NCBI GenBank assembly: GCA_963622135.1
Contig: CAVFGR010000008.1
Location: 150,218 to 214,217, forward strand
Source of the DNA: a bacterium
GTDB lineage: Bacteria > Bacillota_I > Bacilli_A > RFN20 > CAG-826
Length of the DNA: 64,000 nucleotides
Direction of reading: 5' to 3'
How positions within the stretch are numbered: position 1 is the stretch's first letter; every line of letters begins with the position of its first letter. Under the pieces are notes generated by a model. That model did not search any database. It was given only the letters and a program-made list of their open reading frames with translations, and was not told the origin of the DNA. The translations under genes were made by a program, and so were the position numbers. Shown here piece after piece: positions 52,894 to 62,144 of the stretch.

Positions 52894-53976
52894 TTAGGCT
52901 GCCGCTTCCCACTTGGCTAACAAAGTTAAATTGCCAGGGATAATCGTTAAGTCGGTGAATTGGCCAGAATTAGGATTGGTTGGATCGGTGAACCAGCCTT
53001 TGAAGACATAGCCGTCATATTCAGGGATTTGAATATTGGACAAAGCCATCGTCTTCCCGACATAACCGGTCGAAATGATGGCGTTCGTGCTAGTGGTTCC
53101 AGCCCAATGCCCGCCATTAGGGTCGAACATGATGCTGCAAGGAACGTCGGTCGTTGTCGTTTCGGCCTTCATGCAGAAGAGAGGTGTCCAAGAACCATTG
53201 TTTTTGACGTAAACCCAGCCGGTCGAGATATTGACATAATAGTCACCATCAATGGCGTTAGGGGCGACGATGTCGTTTGGGGTAGAAGCTCCATACATCC
53301 ACTGGGTGGCGTGCGGTTTAGGGAAAGTCAGATCCTCGCTCGTGCCATCGGAATAAGTGACGGTAAGGCAATATTCGGTCGTGGTCTGTTTCGAATCATC
53401 GATGGTTACGGAGGCGATGCCTAAGCCGTTGGTTAAATCCAATTCGACTGGTTCTAGTCCTTCATCGGTGAAAGAAATGACGATATGATAGCCGGTTGCG
53501 GTTGGGGTGGCCACGATGTTGGAGATGCCATTGCCCCTCGGGATGGTAATAACTTGGGAGACGGTCTCATCAGAATAATTGAACTGAAGGGTGGTATTGC
53601 CGTTTTCGTCATGGTCGACAGTGACGCCGGTGACGGAAACGCCCTCATAATAAGGGATGGTAAATGAGATAGGATCAACACTTTCGTCAGAGAAGGTGAT
53701 CGTGATGGTGTAGCTATGATCATCATTGTCTTTCAAAGTGGCCGAAGTGATGGAAACGCCGTCTTTGCCAGGCAATCCCTGTGGGATGGTAACGGTGAAT
53801 GGATCCTTATCCTCGTCGGTGAAATAGAAAGTGATGACGGTGTCGCCCGTAGCGGCGTCATAGCTAGTCTCGAACGAGCTTAAGGCATATTCGTTGCTGC
53901 CAAAAAACCCGCAGCTGGTCAAACCGCCCGCTAATAAGGCTGAGGATAAAGCCAACAATAAACCTTTCTTTCTCAT
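52894..53976 (-). CDS. lipoprotein with five ~35-aa tandem modules and a C-terminal Listeria-Bacteroides repeat domain; last gene of the 8-gene operon
   Basis: Lipoprotein signal MRKKGLLLALSSALLAGGLTSCG. Repeated modules: TVITFYFTDEDKDPFTVTIPQG, YTITITFSDESVDPISFTIPY, TLQFNYSDETVSQVITIPRG, HIVISFTDEGLEPVELDLTNG and CLTVTYSDGTSEDLTFPKP. C-terminal MFDPNGGHW...PEYDGYVFKGWFTD...LTLLAKW matches the Flg_new/LB repeat. Confidence 0.7.
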   Translation of the reverse strand: MRKKGLLLALSSALLAGGLTSCGFFGSNEYALSSFETSYDAATGDTVITFYFTDEDKDPFTVTIPQGLPGKDGVSITSATLKDNDDHSYTITITFSDESVDPISFTIPYYEGVSVTGVTVDHDENGNTTLQFNYSDETVSQVITIPRGNGISNIVATPTATGYHIVISFTDEGLEPVELDLTNGLGIASVTIDDSKQTTTEYCLTVTYSDGTSEDLTFPKPHATQWMYGASTPNDIVAPNAIDGDYYVNISTGWVYVKNNGSWTPLFCMKAETTTTDVPCSIMFDPNGGHWAGTTSTNAIISTGYVGKTMALSNIQIPEYDGYVFKGWFTDPTNPNSGQFTDLTIIPGNLTLLAKWEAAA

Positions 53977-56459
53977 ATACTTGCTCCTTTCGCATAATTA
54001 TCTTGCAAATCCTTGATGGTCGGGGCTTTCCCGAACAATGAAGGGGTATCGGTTCCAACAACGTCGTTGGTAACAAATTTAAACGGATGGGTGCCCGTGG
54101 CCATGATGACCGCTTTGGCGAAGATTTGGGTGTACCACGCTTCGTTGATGAAGCGATTGCCGATATTCGCCGCCACCAAATCGACGATGACATTAGAAGA
54201 AAAATCATTCTCACCGGTCAGAGAAATAACGCCCCAATCGGAGCCGTTCAATCCACCGCCGTAATAGGCAATCTTCGTATTGGCGTATTGTTTTCCGTCC
54301 CTCTCGTATAAGCATCCCATCTCTTTCAAAGATTCTTTAAGCATGCTCTTGATTGGGAAGAAGTCATCGATGGTGATGTTGATGTCATGCCCCGCCAAAG
54401 AGGAGGCGATACTTGAGATATTTTCGTCAATCAATGAAGAGACATCGATGGAATCAACATCCTTCCAATCATAGAAATTGGTGTTCCCTTCAATCGATAA
54501 ATCAATAGGCCTGGAGGTGCCACCGATCATATTCGGAATGACGGTCCCTCCTAATATGGAAGTGACTAGCTGAATCGGTGTCGGAAGCCCAGAGTAGAGA
54601 TAACCGCCATTGAAGGAAGTCTCAAGGGCGATGGAGAAGATGCCGGAATTATAGAAAGCGGTGTCGTTGACCTTCATTTTGTGTGGGGCGTTGAAATTTA
54701 CCGTATTATCTAATGCGTTTTGGGTATGTCCCAGCAATTGGACCATCTCATCATCGCTATAATCCTTGTAAGACTTGGTCACGTATTTTTGAATCAATTG
54801 CATATAAGTGTTGTCGCTTGAAGCCTCGCGACCGCCAAAAGCATTTCCGATAAAAGCCGAATAAATGGAATTGGCCGTCCCCGAAGCGGATGAAGTATCG
54901 CCAAAGAAATCATTGAATGACTTATTGACCGCCTCGTTATGGACATCATATATGACGCTCTTTTCAGAGTTAGGTTTGGAAACATCATTGGATCCGACTT
55001 TGAGCAAGAATTCGCAGGCGTTTCTCAAGATGCAGTTGTCCAATTCGAAACCATCTGCCTCAAAAGCCCTGACGGCCACCTTGCCATTCTGAATAATGGA
55101 GTTGGTGATTTTGTTTCCTTGGCCATAAACGTCCACAACCGTGCCGACATACGTGAGATTGTACATATCGTCGGTATTGTTGGTGTTGGAGACTAGGACG
55201 TTGTCCAAAGTGATGTTGTTGCCGTCAAGGTAAATGCCTGAGTTATCTTGTCCCAAAGCCTTCACCATGAAGTTTTCTTCCAATGGACCGATGGTGACGA
55301 AAGGAAGAGGACCTTTGAAAAGGTCTTCGTCTCCCGGCATCAGTTTGCCATTCTTGCCAATGGATCCATGGCTTGGATAGGCAAGCTCATGGAAATTGAG
55401 CGTGAACCCATTGCCATAGAAATCCTTTTGGACATGGATGCCAGAGATAATCTCTGGTTTGAAGTCCGTCCCCATTTGCGAATTGTACTGATCAATGAAT
55501 TCATGATTGTAAGTTGTCTCGAAACGATAGACATCGTCCGCGAAACTGAATTCTTTGTTCTTCCAATCGTAATGGCCCATCAAGGAAGTGTTGTCTTTGA
55601 GCTTGGTGTCGTTATATCCACCATGCGCATAAACATACGTGTTTTTCATGGACTCGAGGTTCACTTGGAGGACGGCCTTTTCCCCGTTGGAGGAAAGGTT
55701 GGTCGCCATCAATAAGTCATCATAGGAATAGATGTTATAAGCACCGTCGATGACTTCGAATCGATAAGTCCCACGGATCCATGACTGTTCTTTGGAAGCC
55801 AAGGTGAAATACGAATCACCGGCTCCCTTTATGATAATTTTTCCGTCCTCATAATCGAGGTTGGAAGATTTATCCACCAATTCGACTTCTTGACCGATCT
55901 CCGTCTCGAAATAGACGGTCGAATCAAATTCGATGGTGGCTGGTTGGTTACTATAGGAATCCTTGATCAAGGAATTGTAAACAAAGTCGTACATGCCATA
56001 GGTGCGGTATGTTTTCACCGAATTGCCCGAGATGGCACGTTTGTCGTTGATGGTAATCGTCCCGTTTTCGAAAATGGTCGCGGTGAAATAGCGAGATACC
56101 GTTCCTCTTTCGTTGGAACAGGTGACTTTTACGTCCCCTTCCTCTAAAGCATAAAGGAAATAGGAACCGTTGTTTTTCGTGACCGCGGCTTTTTCAGTCG
56201 AGCTGCCATTTAGTTCGCTGACTGACCAAACCAAATCATTGCCAGGGGCCAAAATCAGGGATTCATCGATGCGTGGAGAGGCCTCAAGAGCGATAGGCAT
56301 CGCCGGATCGGCCTTGAACGCCATAGTGTCCAAATACGCCCAATCGATGCCCAAAATATCGGAAGCCACCGTGTTGTTCAAGGCGACGACGGAGACGAAG
56401 GCAAGGATAGCCACGACAAAGGGGATAACCAACAAAATAGGAAGCGTCTTGTTCTTCAT
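53973..56459 (-). CDS. large secreted/anchored right-handed beta-helix (pectate-lyase-fold) protein (~828 aa)
   Basis: N-terminal signal anchor MKNKTLPILLVIPFVVAILAFVSVVAL. PbH1-like repeats follow (NITLDNVLVSNTNNTDD..., ITNSIIQNGKVAVRAFEADGFELDNCILRNA). Start reset to ATG 56457-56459 with a GGAGG RBS; ATGA overlaps at both ends. Confidence 0.65.
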   Translation of the reverse strand: MKNKTLPILLVIPFVVAILAFVSVVALNNTVASDILGIDWAYLDTMAFKADPAMPIALEASPRIDESLILAPGNDLVWSVSELNGSSTEKAAVTKNNGSYFLYALEEGDVKVTCSNERGTVSRYFTATIFENGTITINDKRAISGNSVKTYRTYGMYDFVYNSLIKDSYSNQPATIEFDSTVYFETEIGQEVELVDKSSNLDYEDGKIIIKGAGDSYFTLASKEQSWIRGTYRFEVIDGAYNIYSYDDLLMATNLSSNGEKAVLQVNLESMKNTYVYAHGGYNDTKLKDNTSLMGHYDWKNKEFSFADDVYRFETTYNHEFIDQYNSQMGTDFKPEIISGIHVQKDFYGNGFTLNFHELAYPSHGSIGKNGKLMPGDEDLFKGPLPFVTIGPLEENFMVKALGQDNSGIYLDGNNITLDNVLVSNTNNTDDMYNLTYVGTVVDVYGQGNKITNSIIQNGKVAVRAFEADGFELDNCILRNACEFLLKVGSNDVSKPNSEKSVIYDVHNEAVNKSFNDFFGDTSSASGTANSIYSAFIGNAFGGREASSDNTYMQLIQKYVTKSYKDYSDDEMVQLLGHTQNALDNTVNFNAPHKMKVNDTAFYNSGIFSIALETSFNGGYLYSGLPTPIQLVTSILGGTVIPNMIGGTSRPIDLSIEGNTNFYDWKDVDSIDVSSLIDENISSIASSLAGHDINITIDDFFPIKSMLKESLKEMGCLYERDGKQYANTKIAYYGGGLNGSDWGVISLTGENDFSSNVIVDLVAANIGNRFINEAWYTQIFAKAVIMATGTHPFKFVTNDVVGTDTPSLFGKAPTIKDLQDNYAKGASI

Positions 56460-58072
56460 AAGCGAGCCTCCATATGATAGAAAGCCTTTTTGCAGCGAGT
56501 CCCGATTCCGACAAAGAACGGGGTAAGGCAAATAAGGACGAACGAAATTTCAATGATATAAGCGTAAATAGGCTTCAATCTCGCGTAGGTGGTGAGCAAG
56601 AAATGCGAAGCCAATAAAAGAATAGGCAAGGTAAGGGGAACGAAATTGTTCCAGACCTTAAGCTTTGATTTGGAATCGGTGTGGTCGTGCATGTCAGCAT
56701 AAAGTCCGAAGACATTATTCCAGACGATCATGATGGTTCCGATGATGAAGGATGCTAAAGCGACCTGCCAGGTGATGGAAGAGAAAGCCAGTAAGGCAAT
56801 CAAGGAAACCACAAAGCTCGCTTCCGAGAAAATAAACGGAATGGCTAGCTTGCAGAATATTTGGGTTTTGACTGGAATCGGTAGGTATTTGACGATTTGT
56901 ACGCATTTCTTTTCGCGGCTGATGGATAAGGAAGCCGAAGCGTTGATAACGCCAGCGAAAAGCAAGATAACGCACAGATTAATGGCTGAGACCAATTCAG
57001 GGAAGTAAGCGGCATAGAACTTAAGATCATCAAAGATGACACCGTTTAAGGAAGAGATGACCGCGTAAGTAAGGAATGGGGCCATGATAAGCAACGAAGT
57101 ATAAGAGAACATATTCATGTCATCCCTGAACAAAAGGTCCATTTCTTTTTTAAGAAGGGCTTTGGCCGGAGAGACCATTTTCATCGGTTTCTTATCGATT
57201 TTGACCTTGGCAAGGCGGATATCGCCAGTGCGCATCATCTTCGTGTAGGCGGCAGACGCCACGGTGATACCGATGAACAAAGATAAAACGGTCATGCCCA
57301 AGAAGATGGCGGCATTCTGGAAGATATTGGTGCTCGTAACAACCATCATACAGACATTTCTGACCGGCAATAAGTATGTCGAGGCGTTATCAATCCAATT
57401 CATGAAACTATCGGAGAAAACTCCACCGATGGAAGAATCGCTTAAAGCCATCAAGAACATGTCTAAGGCGAGTTTATAAACGTAACATAAGGCAATCATC
57501 AAGACGCAAGCGATGACAAATTGGGCAATCGCGCTTCTTTTAACCAATTTATACAATGCTTGGTATCCGACCGAGAGAAGAAGCGACATACCGGTCGTGA
57601 ACAAAGAAACGAAGAATGGGTAAAGAATGGCAAATACGATGAACCTCGCGATAAGGCCATGCGAGATGCCAAAACAAATCAGGATAGGGGTGGCGATGAC
57701 GGCTTCCAAAATGATTTGATTAAGATAAACAAAGATAATCTTTGACGAAATAATATCGGATGACGAAATAGGCAAGCTTAGGAGAATGGTGCTGTCTTTT
57801 TGATTAAAGATGGTCTTTCTCGCGGAAACCATCGAATACAGGATGCTAGCCAGCATTCCAATAAATAAGAAGAAGACCAAGAACGAGAAAGAGCCATGGT
57901 CCGAATAGGCTGTGAGCTTTTTATGAATCGCCAAGGTAAGGAAGCATTCCAAGGCGATGAAAATGGCGGCGAAAAGGAGCCTGAACAAATAAGAAAAGAC
58001 AACCGAAAGAACGGATCTGTTGGACAGATTCATTCTGGTTAAGAATTCCTTTCTTATAAGTTCAATGAGCAT
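56456..58072 (-). CDS. ABC transporter permease, ~12 TM (ABC-2/EcsB-like), no substrate-binding protein partner
   Basis: 538 aa of hydrophobic helices, 6 nt downstream of the ABC ATPase gene. Confidence 0.7.
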   Translation of the reverse strand: MLIELIRKEFLTRMNLSNRSVLSVVFSYLFRLLFAAIFIALECFLTLAIHKKLTAYSDHGSFSFLVFFLFIGMLASILYSMVSARKTIFNQKDSTILLSLPISSSDIISSKIIFVYLNQIILEAVIATPILICFGISHGLIARFIVFAILYPFFVSLFTTGMSLLLSVGYQALYKLVKRSAIAQFVIACVLMIALCYVYKLALDMFLMALSDSSIGGVFSDSFMNWIDNASTYLLPVRNVCMMVVTSTNIFQNAAIFLGMTVLSLFIGITVASAAYTKMMRTGDIRLAKVKIDKKPMKMVSPAKALLKKEMDLLFRDDMNMFSYTSLLIMAPFLTYAVISSLNGVIFDDLKFYAAYFPELVSAINLCVILLFAGVINASASLSISREKKCVQIVKYLPIPVKTQIFCKLAIPFIFSEASFVVSLIALLAFSSITWQVALASFIIGTIMIVWNNVFGLYADMHDHTDSKSKLKVWNNFVPLTLPILLLASHFLLTTYARLKPIYAYIIEISFVLICLTPFFVGIGTRCKKAFYHMEARL

Positions 58073-58078
58073 ATTCTC

Positions 58079-58873
58079 TTATTCTTCTCCGTAAGTGCTA
58101 AAGAAGATGCGGGCTAAATCCCTTCTCTTCATTGGGTTCGCCTTGAAATCGATGAGTTCGCTGACGACGCCGTTATTGATGATGGCGACCCTATCGCAAA
58201 CCTTGGTGACTAAATCGATGTCATGGGAGGTGATAAAGACGGTTTTCCCGTTTCTGGCAAACTCTTGGATCATGTCGATCAAGGTCTGATAAACGATGAT
58301 GTCCAAACCGACTGTCGGTTCGTCCATAATCCAAATCTTTGGGTTATGAACCAAGGACGCCATGAGGCAGATTTTCTGCTTCATGCCGTGGGAATAGCCG
58401 CTGATACGACGATTTAAATCCTCTTCAGGCATCTTGAATTTCTTTTGGATGAAGGCCATGTTCTTATCGAAAGCTTCTTGGAACATGCCGTATGAAGAAC
58501 CGATAAACTCAAGATAGTCTTTGCCAGTCATCATCTCATAGGCCGTAGGCTCAGAAGAGACATAACCGATGCATTTTTTGGCTTCCAATGGCTTAAGTTC
58601 GATGTCGTTGTTGCAGACATAGATTTTGCCGGAAGTCGGTTCTTTAAGGCCAACGATGCAATCGATGGTGGTCGATTTGCCGGCTCCGTTTTTGCCAATA
58701 AAGCCAAAGACTTCGCCTTTATGGACTTCAAGGTTGATGCCCATGAGGACGTCTTTGTCGGCATAGGATTTTTTAAGGTCTTCGATCACTAAGACATTAT
58801 TGGGGTCTTCGGATGGGGAAAGCTCTTTTGGCTCTTCGGTTTCTATGAGCAATTGCTCTTCTTTTTCTGCCAT
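58079..58873 (-). CDS. ABC transporter ATP-binding protein (exporter-type, single NBD)
   Basis: Walker A GKNGAGKST, signature ISGYSHGMKQKICLMASL and Walker B IWIMDEPTVGLD; 264 aa. Confidence 0.9.
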   Translation of the reverse strand: MAEKEEQLLIETEEPKELSPSEDPNNVLVIEDLKKSYADKDVLMGINLEVHKGEVFGFIGKNGAGKSTTIDCIVGLKEPTSGKIYVCNNDIELKPLEAKKCIGYVSSEPTAYEMMTGKDYLEFIGSSYGMFQEAFDKNMAFIQKKFKMPEEDLNRRISGYSHGMKQKICLMASLVHNPKIWIMDEPTVGLDIIVYQTLIDMIQEFARNGKTVFITSHDIDLVTKVCDRVAIINNGVVSELIDFKANPMKRRDLARIFFSTYGEE

Positions 58874-60294
58874 TATTTCTTCCTCCTTCCTATACTGGTC
58901 AACCAGACTAAGTCACGGTTGTATTGCGGGAGAATCGAGTAAGCCGTCCCGCAGATGGCGCAGATGTAATTCTCGCCGGTGAATGATATTTCTTCGCTTC
59001 CGCAGAACGGGCAACGGTCGCGATATAAGCCGATCGATGATTCAAACAACATCATCATCGAGGCTAAGACGTTACGGATGAGAACCGCCCCATCCTTGCG
59101 GTAATAAGAGAGGTTTATGACGTCTGCGAATTGCTTAAGGACGTTCTTGGCGGTTATAAGCAAGACATCGTCATATCCTGGTTTGGAATCGATGATGGCC
59201 TGAATGGTCTTTTGATTCCTTTCGGTGTAGGAATGGCTGACGATGAGATAATAGGTGGCTTTTCTCTTTTCGTTGTTCTTCTTCTTACCACCCATATAGA
59301 AGACTTTGCATTCGATTCCGTTGTTTTCTCTATCCAAACGGAAGATGAATGAGAAGTTGTCTTTTCTGACCCTTAGTGACTGCATGTCGATACGGCCATA
59401 TTCATCGATGAAGATGGAAGGGGAATTGTCCGGTTCCATTAACTCGGTCGTCGCGAAGTATTTGGCAAAGCCCGTGATGACATAGTTGTAATAAAGGGCA
59501 TCGTTCTTGCTATCATCGTTCTTATTGCTGTAATAAGAAACGTGCATCTTGTAGCAATAATTGTATTTAGGGTCGTGGATAAGGATATTGGTCGGGATGA
59601 CCGAACGATTGAATTTCTTATTGGAAGAAAGACGATAGAATTCCGTTCCTTTAAGATTCTTCAATCTCTTTTGAAGCTTTCTCACCAAGAGAAGCAATTC
59701 ATCTCTTTTGTCCGATTCAGATGAAATCATGAATGGAGTGTAGGGAGCCTTAGATTTGGCGAATTCCTTAAACATCGATTTCTGGCCAAAGGTCTTATCC
59801 GTCCTTTCGAAGTGTTCCTGCAAGGATTCCACGAGAGGAGAGATGTCGCTCATGATAAGATCGACGTCTTCGGCCAACTCATCGATGAACATCGAGATGA
59901 ATTGATTCTCATAGGTATTTAAGGTCTCGGTGTTTTGCAAGGTGTGGACGAATTCCGGAGACATCCCTCCATTCTTCCTTTTCCAGAGCTTTGGATCCCT
60001 CATCGTTTCCGAGAAGGATTCATGAGACAAAGCCCCGGATAATTCAGAATGAATGATGACTTCCTCGGTCGCCGCTTTGATATGGGGATTGGAGACTATA
60101 GCCATAATCTTGTCGGTGGCCGAGCGAATTCTTTCCGCATGGACTAGCTGTTCTTCACAGTCGAAGTCGACGCTGAAAGGGAAGGAGGCCTCTTTGAACT
60201 CTTCGGAATAGACTTTTAAGCCATTCCCAAGGACATTCTTCAGGCAATCCGTGAAATCTCCTAAAAACGATTGGGAAACTAATTTCTCTTTCAT
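58873..60294 (-). CDS. McrC-like partner candidate: 473-aa protein with putative PD-(D/E)xK-like motif and C-terminal Cys4 zinc ribbon
   Basis: Sits immediately downstream of the McrB-like gene. Possible nuclease core IFIDEYG...(25 aa)...GIECKVFY. Zn ribbon CPFCGSEEISFTGENYICAICGTAY. The family assignment is by context plus weak motifs, not firm homology. Confidence 0.45.
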   Translation of the reverse strand: MKEKLVSQSFLGDFTDCLKNVLGNGLKVYSEEFKEASFPFSVDFDCEEQLVHAERIRSATDKIMAIVSNPHIKAATEEVIIHSELSGALSHESFSETMRDPKLWKRKNGGMSPEFVHTLQNTETLNTYENQFISMFIDELAEDVDLIMSDISPLVESLQEHFERTDKTFGQKSMFKEFAKSKAPYTPFMISSESDKRDELLLLVRKLQKRLKNLKGTEFYRLSSNKKFNRSVIPTNILIHDPKYNYCYKMHVSYYSNKNDDSKNDALYYNYVITGFAKYFATTELMEPDNSPSIFIDEYGRIDMQSLRVRKDNFSFIFRLDRENNGIECKVFYMGGKKKNNEKRKATYYLIVSHSYTERNQKTIQAIIDSKPGYDDVLLITAKNVLKQFADVINLSYYRKDGAVLIRNVLASMMMLFESSIGLYRDRCPFCGSEEISFTGENYICAICGTAYSILPQYNRDLVWLTSIGRRKK

Positions 60295-60329
60295 GCGTGC
60301 ACGCGTACCTTAAATGTATTGATAAACAC

Positions 60330-62144
60330 TTATAACTTGCGCAATAAGCGGTCTATCATGTGGTTGGTCTGTGGGAATTTGCCTTCCCCATAGGTTTTGA
60401 TGATCAAAGACTTGAGATTCATCAAGCCTGGCTTGATATAGTCTTCGAAACGTCCGTCTAATTTGGCAACGACCTTGCGGGCGAACATGAAATCCAAGGC
60501 ATCTTCCTTGCTTCCGCCGCATTCGACGAAGACCGGAACAAAGTTCTCAATCTGGTTCATGATACGGTTGCCGTAAGTGATATCGAAGGTATCGTAGGCA
60601 AAGTCAGCGATGATACGGAAATTGTTCATATCCTTATTGGACATCTTGTTTTCTTCTTTGCCTTTGGCTTCGGCAAACAAAGCCTGGAGTTTATCAAAGG
60701 ATAAGGTGATCTTAGAGACATCGCCTTCGATCTCGAATGGCTCGTTGCGGTCATCGAAATCGATGGTAATGGCACGGTCATAAACCTTATCGGTGATGGT
60801 ATAGGTGGAATCATCCTTGTTTGCGGTTCCGATGAAATAGGTGTTGGCAGGAATTTTCAAAATACCGTCCTGCAAATGTTCTGGAGCCTCGAAATCATAC
60901 GGGAACTGCATGATTTTGATCTTCCATTCATCGATTGGATATTCCAAAACCGACAAGAAGTCAGCGAAATAGTATTCAATACGCGAGATATTCAATTCAT
61001 CCAAAACCATGAAGTTCAAATTGCTTGGTTTATAGGAATATTCGTATAAGCGTTTTAAGAATTCGGTTTCGTTATAACTTCTGGAGAAGTCGTTGTAATA
61101 GCCAAGGATGGAGGTTTTATCTCTCCAAGTGGCCTGAACGGCTTCAAAGAAGGATTTCTCGGAAACAAATTCAGAGAAATAACGAGCCAAAGAAGATTTA
61201 CCGGTGCCGGATAAACCTTCAAGGATGATGAAACGGGAAGCGGCCAAACCAGCGACGAATTCGCGGATGATGGTCTCGCTATAATAAAGCTTCAATTCTT
61301 TGGCCAAATAGTTTCTGAATTGAGAGCATAAATCTCTTAAGTTGATGTTGTCGTCGAACATTTGCTCTCTATAGCCAATATAGGCATAATCGACCGAGCA
61401 TAAGCCAGGGAAGACTCTTTCTTTGTCGCTTAAGACACCAGCCTCGCCACCGATTCCAGCTCCGGCCACGCCGTTTCCATTGCCGGCGATGCCATTCCCA
61501 TTAGATTCTCCAAAGGATTCGGCCAAAGAACCTTGATCGGCCATCGCGGCCGCGGCTTCTTCGGCTTCCTTCTTTTCTTCTTCGGCGAGTTCGTCGCCGT
61601 GCTTTCCGAAGAACCTCCAAGGTTCATCGATACGCCTGACATTGACCCATAAGAAGGAAATGTTGAGGATCAATAAGGCCAAGAAGACAAAGAAGATGGT
61701 TCCGACCGCTAAGGACTCAGCGAAATACAAATAGCAGAGTCTTACGGCCTCCGGATTCCATGGATGCAACGAAACATAAGAAATACCGCCAAAGAACGCG
61801 GTAGATAAAATAATCGTCGCAATATAGATAAGGACGTATTTGGCCGAGCCACCCTTCTTTTCGTAATACATCGCGGTGCGATATTCGAAGATGAGGGCGC
61901 TGGTGAGGAACATCGCATAAACGAAGAAGATCAATAACAAGGCCCATCTGTGCCATGTTCCTTCAACGATGATGTTAAATCCTAATGCGATGCCTAATTT
62001 CTGGAACGGGTTGTTCTTAGCGAAGATGCCGATGTCACGATCTAAGCCGAGACCGGCAATAATCACGAACGCCGCCCAGAAAAAGACCACGGTGAGAATA
62101 AGCAAATTCTTACGCGTGAAATGAGTTCTCTTTTTCTTGCTCAT
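60330..62144 (-). CDS. membrane-anchored McrB-like AAA+ GTPase (N-terminal 4-TM domain, Gly/Ala-rich linker, C-terminal McrB/AAA_5 module)
   Basis: Residues 1-160 carry four TM helices. The C-terminal module aligns with E. coli McrB: GLSGTGKSSLARYF (Walker A), VQATWRDKTSILGYYNDF (versus VQFHQSYSYEDFIQGY), FMVLDELNISRIEYYFADFLSVLE (versus FIIDEINRANLSKVFGE) and NTYFIGTANKDDST...DKVYDRAI (versus NVYIIGLMNTADRS...DYALRRRF). ATGA overlap with the sipW-like gene. Confidence 0.7.
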   Translation of the reverse strand: MSKKKRTHFTRKNLLILTVVFFWAAFVIIAGLGLDRDIGIFAKNNPFQKLGIALGFNIIVEGTWHRWALLLIFFVYAMFLTSALIFEYRTAMYYEKKGGSAKYVLIYIATIILSTAFFGGISYVSLHPWNPEAVRLCYLYFAESLAVGTIFFVFLALLILNISFLWVNVRRIDEPWRFFGKHGDELAEEEKKEAEEAAAAMADQGSLAESFGESNGNGIAGNGNGVAGAGIGGEAGVLSDKERVFPGLCSVDYAYIGYREQMFDDNINLRDLCSQFRNYLAKELKLYYSETIIREFVAGLAASRFIILEGLSGTGKSSLARYFSEFVSEKSFFEAVQATWRDKTSILGYYNDFSRSYNETEFLKRLYEYSYKPSNLNFMVLDELNISRIEYYFADFLSVLEYPIDEWKIKIMQFPYDFEAPEHLQDGILKIPANTYFIGTANKDDSTYTITDKVYDRAITIDFDDRNEPFEIEGDVSKITLSFDKLQALFAEAKGKEENKMSNKDMNNFRIIADFAYDTFDITYGNRIMNQIENFVPVFVECGGSKEDALDFMFARKVVAKLDGRFEDYIKPGLMNLKSLIIKTYGEGKFPQTNHMIDRLLRKL

